From contig JAAOMT010000129.1 in the NCBI GenBank assembly GCA_016748015.1, forward strand, positions 867,914 through 931,913: a DNA stretch of 64,000 bases, in the 5' to 3' direction. Below are positions 25,600 to 36,968 of the stretch, piece by piece. Numbering within the stretch: position 1 is the first letter of the stretch; the number at the start of each line of letters is the position of its first letter. Position numbers and translations under genes: made by a program. This stretch comes from Geosiphon pyriformis uo1 (taxonomy: Eukaryota; Fungi; Glomeromycota). Under the pieces are notes generated by a model. It saw nothing but the letters and a program-made list of their open reading frames with translations. It was not told the origin of the DNA and ran no database searches.

Positions 25600-28370
25600 T
25601 TAATTTAGACCAAAATTAATTAACATGCTTTTATTGTTATTATTTAAAACAAAAAATTTATTTTTATTTATATTTACAATAAAATTAAATATTATAATTA
25701 ATATAAATTATATAAAACTAATAAAAAAACAAAAAAAACAGATTTTAAAACATTAAAACTAATATTAAAAATACCAAAAAAAATTTTTTTGATATTTTAA
25801 AAAAGTTATTATTAAACATAATAAAAAGTTTAAAAAAATTGTTTTTTAATTAATTTGGCTTTTTTGTTATTTAAATAATAATAAAAGAAAAAATAAAATA
25901 AAAATTAATTTTTATTAAATACTTTTAATTAAAAATAAAAAAAATGTTTTTAAATTATTAAAAAATTAGTTAATTACTATTTTATTTAAAAAATTTTTTT
26001 ATAAAATATTATTAATTATTTCAAATAATAAAAATAAAATAACTTTTTTATTTTGACTGTAATTATAACAATACAAAAAAAAATTTTTTTTTAATAATAT
26101 TAATATATTAATTATTAATATATAATTTAATTTATTTGATTTTTTTACAAAATTAATTTTTTTAATTTAAATTATTATAATAATATTTTATATTTTTTGT
26201 ATTTAATACAATTACATTAATTTATAATTTATTAAATACATATCTAATATTTAAAATTAAAATTGTTATAATATAATATATATAATTAAAAAAAATATAT
26301 TTTTAATATTTACTTAAAACAAAAAATATAAAAATTCTATAATTTTTTGCTGTTAAAATAATTTTTTAGAACTGTTAACAAATTAAAATTTAGTAATTTT
26401 TTGCTAATTAAATTTATTTTTTTTATTTTTGTTATATTTGAATTTTTTTTAATTAGTGTAAATTTAAAAATATTTATAAATATTTTAAATATATATATAT
26501 TTTTTGGTTAAAGTTGCTAATAGTTTTTTACTTTTAAATTATAATAGTTTAAAGGTTTTTACTGTTAAAATTAATAATTTTAAAACCAATATATTAATAT
26601 TTAAAAGTTTTGGCTAAATTAAATTATTTATATACTAATTTTAGTTTTTTTTCTTTTTTTTCTTAATAATTAGTCTTATTTAAAAAATAATTACATGTAA
26701 TATTAAAAGTATAAATGTTTCTACAAAACAAAAAAATATTGTTTATTAACACAAAAATAACAGTAATTTTATTTTTATTATAATAAAACCTAAATTAAAA
26801 TATAATATTAAGTCTTAAATTATAAATAAATTAAAAAAAAATTATGTATTTATATTTGATCTAAATTTGAATTTTTTGAATTCTAAAATTATTGTTATTA
26901 TAGACAATAAATTATTAAATATATTTACACAGATTTAAAATATTAAATTATTTTTTAAGAACAATTTTTTAATTTTTATATTAAAATTATATATGAAAAT
27001 ATTTCTTAAAAATATATTGAATTAAGTTTTAAACATTAATTTTTAAATAATGAATAACAGTATTTTTATAATAATAAAAAATAATTTTAATAAAAATAAT
27101 GCTAATTTTAAGAAATTTTTTATTTAAATTTATATAACTTTCTTGTTAACTATTTATTAATAAAAGTTTTAATATAATACAATATTAAAAAAACAAAAAA
27201 AAATATTGATTATATTTTTATTAACAAGTTTTTAAATATTATTAATTAGTATATATAAGATTTTAATATAGATTACAAAATTGTTTTTGTTCTTATTAAG
27301 TTAAATAATTTATTAAATACATTTTTTATATTATACAAATCTGTTAATAAAAATTATTAAAAATTTAATTTTAAAAATATAAATACTACTAACTAAAATT
27401 GTTTTAAAGACTTTTTATTCTTTTTAACTATAATTATTACTGTTTTATTTAATAAATATTAGCATATTAATAATTTAAATAATATGTAAACTATTTTTAA
27501 AAATATTTTGTGTTTGTTAATAAACAAAATTTTTAATAATTATGAATTAAGAACTCTAATATTAATAAAAATAAACAAATTTCTAAATTTTATAAGTAAA
27601 AAATTTTGGTTTTTACAATTATTAAAACAATAAAAAAATATTATAATATTAAATTTACTTATTTTATAAATATTATTGTTAATTAATAAAATTAAGACTT
27701 CTGTAATTTAAAATTTGCTATGTATTAATTTAAATATGATTAATATATATTTTATATTATTATATTACAAATTTACAAAATATTATAAGTTTTAAACTAT
27801 TAAATTTTTTAATATTAAAATAATTATTAAAAAATATATAAACAATTTTGTTTTAAATAAAAGCAATATAATTAAAGAAATAGACTAGAATAAAAACAGA
27901 CTTTAAATATTTTAAATTACTGATAATTTTGTTCTTAAGTTCAAAAAAATCAAATTTAAAATATATAAAATTATAAAAAAATAATATTAAGTCAAATTTT
28001 AAAAGTTTAGCAATAATTATATGTTTTTTTAAATTATATATATAATAAAATCTTTAATAATATTATAAACAAAATTAAGCAAAATAAGTTAACATTGGTT
28101 ATTTAAAGTTTTTTTAATAATAAAATTGCAAATTTGTTAAATATTTCTAATAAACTTTAAAAATATTACAATAATATATTTTTTATTTTTTAAATTTTTT
28201 TTTTTATTAAAGTTTAACGAGCAAGGCCCAACTACTATCTAATACAATATAACCACATAAAGTCTTAAATTAAATATAGTTCACACATTTTCTACATGAT
28301 TATTTTTAAATCTGTTAAATATTTGTATTTTGGTTAAAAAATATTTATTGCATAATAAAATATCTTAAAA
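25600..28370 (+). mobile_element. Extremely decayed LINE copy G (ORF1 remnant; ORF2 APE to start of RT)
   Basis: 26665-26760 reads as a G/C-eroded version of the ORF2 start (I.TCN.K.INV..KQ..IV..H); KKNIDYIFI at ~27190; left boundary uncertain. Confidence 0.6.
28194..28298 (-). mobile_element. Tail-only retroposed fragment (~95 nt plus poly(A))
   Basis: Reverse complement nearly identical to 23510-23606 of the young ORF1-only element; TATTTTT(T)AAAT on both sides. Confidence 0.85.
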
Positions 28371-28836
28371 ATAAAGAAAAAAATAATAATAAATATTTTA
28401 AGTTATTTTTAGTTTAAACTTAAAAGATAAATTTTTATTATATTAAGCTATAATAATTAATTGTTATTTTAATTAAAATATATTTTCTCAAAAAAAAAAA
28501 GCTTTTTTTATATAATTTATTACTTTTTTTTTTAATATTTTAATAAATTAAAAATATATTTTGTTAAATTATAAGTTATTTTTGTAAATTATTAATTATT
28601 TTAGTAAACTGTTAAATATTTTATCAAATTTTAATTATTTTAGCAAATTTTTAATTATATCTAGTTTAAAATATTACATAATTTGATTATTATAATTAAG
28701 TTATATTTGTGTTTTATATAAATTAAGTTATTAATTAAATAAAATGATAATTAATAATTTTGATATATACTAATTAATGATAAAAATTATAAAAATAATT
28801 TTATGCTAATTAATATTCAAATTTTTGCTAATAATA
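28370..28836 (-). repeat. Partial decayed LTR-A (its 5' half)
   Basis: AAAAAAGCTTTTTTTATATAA block and terminal ATGCTAATTAAT...TAATA match the reverse complement of 4831-5280. Confidence 0.65.
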
Positions 28837-29046
28837 ATGATTATAAAAATTGTTAATTTTATAAAAAATATTGTAATTTAATATAGATTATATATTTAAA
28901 TATAAAAAAAAATCTTTCTCTTATCAATTCCCTGACCACGATGAGAGCATAGATATTTCTGAAGTATTTGCTTTTCTTCTTCTCTTTTTTCCTAGTCCCT
29001 ATTAGCTATTTCTTCTACTACACCTCTGTTTGTTACAATAGAACTG

Positions 29047-30981
29047 ATGGGCTCTTCTGCTGGTGGCTCTGGGTTGATTTTGGCTGGTTTGGGGACCCAC
29101 CAAAGTGCAAAAAGCAAGCATGTGAATATGATGTACTCTCAAGGTCTGTCCTACAAGAAGCCAAAGAAGCCTGTTGCTGGTGTTGTGGTTAACTCGTCTG
29201 CTAACACTCTGGGCTTAGAAAATCTTGGTGGTGCTGGCATCAAGCCTGGGATATCCTGGGGAAGCAAAGTTGACAGTATCACTAGCAGTATAAGTGATCT
29301 TTCAGACATTGAAAATATGGCGAACACAATTGCTGAGAAAACCAATTACACGGAATCAGATAAGGATGACAACATGGATGAAACAATGCCGAGAAAGACT
29401 TGCACTTGGATGTTTGTGCTGGGCAACCCTCTAAAGTGATTTTTATTTGAATGTATGAGTGATGACGATATTGTGTTGGATCTTTCTTCTCGTGTAGATA
29501 TTGGGTCCAATCAGTTCCTACTGCTCGGATCACGTGCCCCAAAAATACGGAACTTTAATATGACAAAATTCTTTGCACTTAATATTGAGCTTTCTGCAGT
29601 GCCTGGCAAGTTAGTTAGTGATAAATTAATTTCATTAAAAAAAATTTTTTATCATGTTAATGGTCTTGGAGGAGCCTCCACTCCCTCAAAATTTCTTGGC
29701 ATCATTAGATCATCTTTTACATCAGAATTTAGTTTGAATAAGGCTAGGGAAATGACAATCTGTGAGAAAATTTTGGTTAATAATAATGTCAGAAAAGCAA
29801 ACAGCCGTTTAGATTAGGAGGTGATCATCAAGGAGATCCCAATAGATCTTCCCAGATTGGCAGTGGAATCAGTTTTCTCTAAATTTGGCAAGATTGTGTC
29901 TATCAAGATACAGCTAATTGGTCTTTGACAAAAGGCCCTAGTTGAGCTTGAGTTGTCTGAAGTTGCCAATCAGATCGCTTCTATGTGGTCTGTTTTTATG
30001 GGAAAAGATTCTGTGTGTATGGCTTTGGCAATCAATAATAAACAAATGTGAGTATCTAGAGATCAGCATTGGGCATTGCTATACACTCTTTCAGTGGACA
30101 TCACTGCCCATAATCTTTCTGATTTGTTGGTATTCTATGATGGGAAGTCTTGTTTTATCAGTTGCAATCCTAGTTTATATGTTCGTGATAGATGTGCTGT
30201 AATTTGTTTTGGTGATGAGGTGTCCAAGTTGGCTGCTATTAGCACAATTCCAATTTTCAAGAGTGTAAGTTTGCATTGGACTGGTCTCTCTTTGGCCTGT
30301 TGTAGTCAGTGCAAACAATTTGGTCATATTTCTGTTAACTGTTTGATGAGTAGAAATTCTGGTGATCATAGGAGATAGGTGGTTTCTGATCAGAATCAGG
30401 TTTGTCTGGCCGGAATATATAAGAAAAAGATGGCTCCTATTGCATGGCCAGTTTCGTTTGGTGGCAAGACGTGGGCTCAGGTTGCCGGTAATTCTTCTTC
30501 TCATATGGTTCTTTTGGATGTTTCTGGTAGTGGTTCACCTTCAAGTATCAAACCTTTCTCAATAACCTCTGGGTCTCTTGATATCTCTGATTTGAGTGGT
30601 CACATGGCATCCCTAGAATGCTCCTTGGAATTCTTAGCTAACCAGATTTCTGGTATTGTGAAAAAATTGAGTTTTGTTGAGTTGGTGTCCTTGGTGTCTT
30701 CCTCTTATGTTTCCCCTTCAGATGTTTCTGTGTCTGTGATTTTGGTTGTGGACTCAGATATGGCTCTGGATGGTGGATTGATTTTGTCTACACTCTTTGT
30801 TTCTGGTGTTAACGTGCTTAATGCTGTTCTTAGTTTGAGTGGTTTGAAGGTTTTTACCTCCAAGGTGGGTGGTCTGAAATCTAAGATGTCTGCTCTGGAA
30901 GCTTCGATTGATTCAGTTCTGGTGAGATTGGATCTCTTGTGTTCTAGTTCTAGTTTCCATATTCCTTCTTTATCCCAATGA
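29047..30981 (+). pseudogene. LINE B ORF1 (RRM-like, CCHC knuckle, coiled coil)
   Basis: VIIKEIP..VFSKFGKIVSIK; CSQCKQFGHISVNC; ends SLSQ-TGA. Confidence 0.88.
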
Positions 30982-33900
30982 GCAACCTGGTCTGGAAATT
31001 TGTGACATGCAAAGTTTGGGGTATCAACGTTCCTGCAAAGCAAACAGACATTGTTTGTTGGCATGTGAGTTCGGGAAATATGGTTTTTTTTGTTACTGAA
31101 ACAAAGTTGAAGTTCTTTGTTGGGCCATGGATCAAGGATAAATTTGATGAAATTTGGATTTTTACTTCTGGTTTGAATGTTAGTTATCTCGGTGCCAGTG
31201 TTGCTGTGATCATGAACAATTCTTTGGCTCATTATGTTTCTAAGGTTGAAGAGATCTTTGGTCAGGTTGTTTCTGTGCAACTTTTGTTCAAAGGCAAGCT
31301 CTCAGTAACTGTGCTTGGTTTGTACACTGGTACTTCTCCTGGCATTCATTTCAGTCAGATGTCTGAGGTTAATTCTATTATTGCTAAGGCAGTCAATATT
31401 AGCACCTTCATTGTGTTGGGTGGAGATTTTAATGAAAGCAGGTCTGGAAGGAGCGCAAGTTTTAGGTTTTGCTTGGGGCTGGGTTTGGTCAATTCTTTTG
31501 CTGGCCATCATTTGGCTGAGATACCTACATAGTGCAATTCAAGAGGAGTTGAGAAGACTATTGATTACATTTTTGTTAGTAAAAATTTGTCTTCCACTGT
31601 TGCTAAGCATTGGATTGGATCTGTTTCTGAATTTTTTGACACAGATCACAGTGCTGTCATGGTATTGGTTGGCTTGGGTGGACTCTTGAATGCTCAATTG
31701 GATAGTTTGCACAAGCAGACTAACAAGAATTGTTGGAAGTTCAAAATTAGGGATGCAGATAGTGCCAAATAGATTAGGTTTAAGGATTGTGTTTTGGATA
31801 AACTTCTATTAGTCATGGACTTTTTCTCTGAGGCTGAAGCTGGTGGTGATTTAGATGCTATGTGGGCAATTTTGGAAAGAGGAATGGTTGAGTTGGCTGA
31901 TGAGGTGTTTGCGAGGCATTGGTTTAGTGAATTTTAGTGCTTTAGGAATAAACATTCTTTGAAGTTTTTTGGGCTTGAGCTGCTTATTGCCAAGATTGTT
32001 AATAAGATTGGTTCTGGTGACATGCTTGGAGTAGATCATCTTGTGAAAAAATGGTTCACTTTGGATGAAGCCAAGGCTTGCACTTTTTCTGACTTGGTTA
32101 TCTTAGATGAGGACAGTGTTGTTCTTTTCAAGCATTTGTCATTGGTTTGCAAAGAATATAAAAGGTCAAAAATGTTTGAGTCGAGGTTGGCTAAGGAGAC
32201 TTCTATCAGAAAGGCTATAGAAAAGTGCATGGAGAGCTTTGTTTCTAATAAAGGTGGCATGATCCGGAGTGTTTTGGACCGGCCTTTTCATAAGGTGGTT
32301 CTTGATTATTTGGTAGTTAATGATGACTTGGTTTTAGAACCTAAAGAGGTAAAGTCTAAGGTGGACAAAATCATGATGAGGTGGACAAGAGTTTGCACTG
32401 TACCTCAAACATTGTCTGAATGCTGAGTTTGCCAGTATATGCTGTTGGATTATATAAGAGACGATGTCTTCTCTGGTGTTATGAGGAAGATAAATATGGA
32501 GGAGTTGCTTCTAATGGTGGGTGGTCTGCCTGATGATAAGACTACTGGCCTGTCTGGTATTTCCAATGAGCTGTGGAAGCATGGTAGTGAGATGGTTCTG
32601 AGCTGTTTATTGGTTTTGCTAAATGCTTGCTTGTCTATTGGTGGGGTGTCTGTTTCTTGGAAAAAGACCTGGGTGTCAATGATTCCTAAGCCATATAATT
32701 GGGATGGTGTTCTCATAAACATTTGTCCTATTGCTCTGATTGAAACTGCCAGGAAGATTTTTTCTAAGATTCTGTCTGATCGGATTTCTTTCGCATGTAG
32801 TAAGTTTAGTGTTCTCCGTGGTGACAATTTTTCAGTGTTAAAAGGCACATCTATGCAATCTCTGGTGTTTGCTGTTGGGATGATTGTGGAGGATGTTCTC
32901 AAAAAGAATAAAGAACTTTGGCTGGTCCTGCAAGACATGCAAAAAGCATACAATTCTGTTGGGTGACATCATTTGGAGGCTAGTTTGCAGAGGATTTTTT
33001 ATGATCCACTTCTGTGTAAGGTTAAAAAACATGAACAAATTTTTGGGTATTGGATAAGTTCCAAGTTTGTTTCGAAATCAGGTTGAATTGAGAGCAGTGG
33101 TGGGTTGTTTTCCTATTTTGCAGCTGGTGCTTTTGTTGATGATACAATTTGGGTTGGGAACTGTCAAGCTGCTACTCAGAATATTTTGGACATTGTAAGT
33201 GAGTTTTTTGTTGTTAATGATATCTCTATCAACAATGAGAAGACTGTAACCATTCCAATCAATCAAGATGTTAAAATTGCTTCTTTGAGTATTAGTGGCC
33301 TGTCTATTTCAATAGCTAAAAAGGGTGAGGCTCATTATTATCTGGGTATTTTTTTGTCTACTGAAGGGCTTTTGAAGCTGAGTGTGGCCAAGGTGCATTC
33401 TGATGTTTGTTTCTTTGCTAATGTGGTTCTCAGAAAGACTATTACTGATAAACAGTTTTTGTATCTGGTGTTGGCCGTTTTGCAGCCTATTGTTAATTAT
33501 CGCACTCAGTTCAGCTTTGTCTCGTCGAACGTATATAACAAATGAGATGTGATGTTGAAGAAGGGCCTCAAGTCTAAAGCTGGTTTGTCCCGTGATTTCC
33601 TCAGTGAGGCTCTGTGTCATCCATCTTTATATGGTCTGAAGTCTTTTAAGCAGGTGCAGTCTGAGGGAAAGTTGGCTGCCTTGATTTCATTTTCCAACTC
33701 TTCTGGTGTTCTTGAACATTTGTTTGAGCACAGGTTTCTCGATTTGCAGATTCTGGGGTGGTCTTCTTTGAATCTTTTACAGTTTCTTGTTAGGTTGTGT
33801 GTTAGCCCTGTGAACAATTTTCTGGTGGGCATGGTTAAGATTTTTCTGTGCAATAAGCTGTCTCTGTTGAATAGCTTGCCCAATGCTTTCTGTAGTCCTG

Positions 33901-35504
33901 GTAGTTTTCCTGTGTTCTTTATCCTGAGGAGTTTTTTGTATTTCGATTCTGTTCATTCGTTGAAGCAATTTGGTATGGCATTTGGTGATAAATTATTTGA
34001 CAAGAAGGGGCATATTATGAGTTGGGTGACTTTTTGATGTTGGAAGAGACTGGGTCCAAGGGGTCCTGTTTCTCACTAGTTTACAGTTGTGTCTGATTTT
34101 CTTTGTCTTATTGGCCAGTTCTGTGAAGTCTACTTGTCTTTCTGGAGTGAGCGTTTTGGATTCCGAGGAGTTTTCTACAGTTGTTAGTAGGTTGTATGAA
34201 GTCTGGTCTGACTTGTTTAAGGTTTTTACAGATGGCTCATTAAAAAATTTTGGTGGAACTGATGTTGCCAATAGTACAGCAGCCTTTTTTCTTGCTATTA
34301 ATATGAGTATTAGTATTAAGGTTCATGAGCTGTTGTCTTCTACTATGGCCGAACTGCAAGTCATTGCTTTGTCTCTAAAGTGTGTTCTGTCTTCTTGTAC
34401 TGTGGTCGTGCATACTGACAGCCAAGTGGCTATTGATGTGTGCATTTCTGAGATGTTGTTTGTGCCTGATTTCTACTTCTCTTGTTGATTGGAGAGATAC
34501 CGGATTTTTGATTTGGTTCACGAAAAAGATTTTTCTGTACATTGGGTTAAGGTCAAAGGGCATTCTGGAGTTGTTGATAATGTTAGGGCTGATGCTGCTG
34601 CTGGGGATGCTGTTTTTTCTCATTTATTTTTGCCTGTCGGTATCTGGAAGCACTTTTTGGTTGCTGAAAATATACTGGTCTTTGGCAATACTCATTATTT
34701 TGTTCGGGATTTGTATAGATCTGTTTGCTGTGCACAATGGGAGGCAGAACCTGGCCAGAATGTGATTCCTAATGTGCTAATTGAGGCTGTAGATTGGGAT
34801 GCTACTGTTAAGGTGTGACATCCTGATTCATATATGCTTGCTGGTTTTACTAGTCGGAGGTCTTCTTGTCTTCGCACATATTTGATGAAGGCTGTGCACT
34901 GACGGCTTCCTGTGGCAATTAGAAAATGGTTGTATGATAAATTGTACTCTGGTGTGCTGTGCTTACTATGTCATGAAGTGGAATACCAGATCATGTTTTC
35001 ACATATTCTCATGATGTGGAGGTTCACAAGGAAGTTTTGGTCATGGCATTTTCAGACTGGTTATCTGTAGTTGGTTCTTGTGGCTTGTCATCCTCTGCTG
35101 TTTTGCAATCTCTTGATTGGTGTTCTTTGGATGTTAATTTGTATTCGGTTCTGTGTAAAGGGTTTGTGCTGAGAGAGTAGTATATGAAGGCAGTAAAGAT
35201 TTTTGATGGTAGGAAGGAGGCTGTTAGTGCTGTAGTTGGTTTTGTTGGGCATTTGGTTGAGCTATATCATTCTAAAGCCTGGTTGGCGAGATCAGTGTTT
35301 AGGGTAAGAATGGAGAAAACTGGTTTAGTTAGGGATAATGGTTTGTTTTCTGGTTTGTCTCGTTGTTTGAATTCTTTGTTGTTTGATAAGGTGGTGAGAA
35401 TGTTTGGCATTGCTGGCTTTTTTGCTGTTAATTTTGGCTGTTACAGGTTATACCTTTTCTTCTCTGGTCTGGATGGTAATCCAAGTGTTAATATCAGTGT
35501 GTAG
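30978..35504 (+). pseudogene. LINE B ORF2 (APE endonuclease-RT-RNase H-CCHC) with stops and an internal RT deletion
   Basis: FVTETK, GGDFN, IDYIF, TDHS; LQDMQKAY, AFVDDT; FTDGS, WVKVKGHSG; CLLC..EYQ. Confidence 0.92.
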
Positions 35505-35644
35505 TGTTGCCTTGTTTGGCCTGAATGACTAGTCACATGTAGAAAGTACATAAACTGCATTTAGTTTGAGCCTTTTAATTTGGTTCTATGTACTAGATAG
35601 CGGTTGGGCTATACTCATTAAATATTGTTAAAAAAAAAAAAAAT

Positions 35645-35980
35645 TTAGATATTTAATATTATATTAAAATAATTTTATAAGATCAATAATTTGTTATTAA
35701 CAAATAATATTATATTTATTACTATTAATAATTTATTATTAATAAAAATATTCATAAATTAAGTTTTAATTATAAGTTTTTAATTAATTTTAATACTGAT
35801 TTTTCTTTATTTTTAATGTTATTTGAACTTTATAATAGTATTTTTATTGTTTATAATATTAATATATATATAATTTTATTTGATTTAAATAATTAATTAT
35901 ATGTAAAAAAAAGCATTATACTTATTTTAGAATTTTATATGATTATATTGTAATAAATAGTAATTAAATTATATTTATTA
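35645..35980 (+). mobile_element. Decayed LINE 3' end with eroded tail (target of the LINE B insertion)
   Basis: 35870-35980 aligns with the tail at 25440-25570. Confidence 0.55.
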
Positions 35981-36968
35981 ATTAAAAAATATTTATATAT
36001 ATTTAAAAAACTATTTGTTTAATAATTTTGTTTTTTATAATATATTTTAATATTTTAAAACATAATTTTTTTTCAAAAAAAGCAAAAACAAAATAATAAT
36101 TAAAATAACAATTAATTAAGTTTTAATATTATTTAAATAAGTTTTTAAGTAATAATCAATTTACAAAAAAATACAATAAAAAAGCAAAAATTAATTTATA
36201 TAAATTTTACCAAATTAATATTTTGTAAATAAAATATAGTTTAAAAAAATTGATTTTAAAATTTAACAAAATTACAAATTGGTTTTTATTAATAATTTTT
36301 TTAATAATTATAATTTTTATTTAAAATTATTAAATTAAATAATAATAAAAATAATTTATTTACTTTGATATTTCTTAATACTTTATTAAAAAAATTTCAA
36401 TATGTAATTTTAAATAATACATTAATTTTTTTATTTTATTTAAAATTAAGCTTTTTATTAATAATTTTTTTGTTTATAATATTAATTAAAATTTATAACA
36501 TGTACAGATTATTTGTTTATAGACTAAACAATAATTAAAATAAAATAAAATAATTATATTATGTTATAATCAATATTTTAAAATTAAGTTATTTTTATTT
36601 AATAAAAATTTTAAGTTATATATTATTTAATAAGTTTATCAAAAATAAAAATTTTTTTTTTTGGAATTAAAACATAAAAAACAATAATTAAAAAAATATC
36701 TTAAAAATAGCTATATTATTGATTAAAATTATAAAAATTATTCAGAAAATATTTACTTTGATGATTATAAACATAAAATATTATGACTTATTAAAATAAA
36801 TTTTTATAACAAATAATTAATCTATAATTTTAGATTATTTTTTATTTAAACATTTAATGAGCAAGTCCAAACACTGCTTAGTGCAATACATCATACAAAT
36901 AATTTAAACTAGGTGTGAATCATGCAATATCTACATGTAACCAGCCACTCAGATCAATCAGGACAATA

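Larger units (their letters stand above)
28913..35643 (+). mobile_element. Full-length LINE copy B (~6.7 kb), inactivated
   Basis: CT-rich 5' UTR after an A-run, ORF1, ORF2, conserved 3' tail 35505-35630, poly(A). Confidence 0.95.

Noticed and set aside
30175-34877. Numerous minus-strand ORFs over LINE B (and antisense ORFs over LINEs A, C, D and the ORF1-only element)
   Set aside because: Shadows of the sense coding frames; no recognisable motifs of their own
36000-36840. AT-rich tract as a centromeric or origin element
   Set aside because: Faint similarity to LINE ORF2 suggests it is another erased TE; too decayed to call
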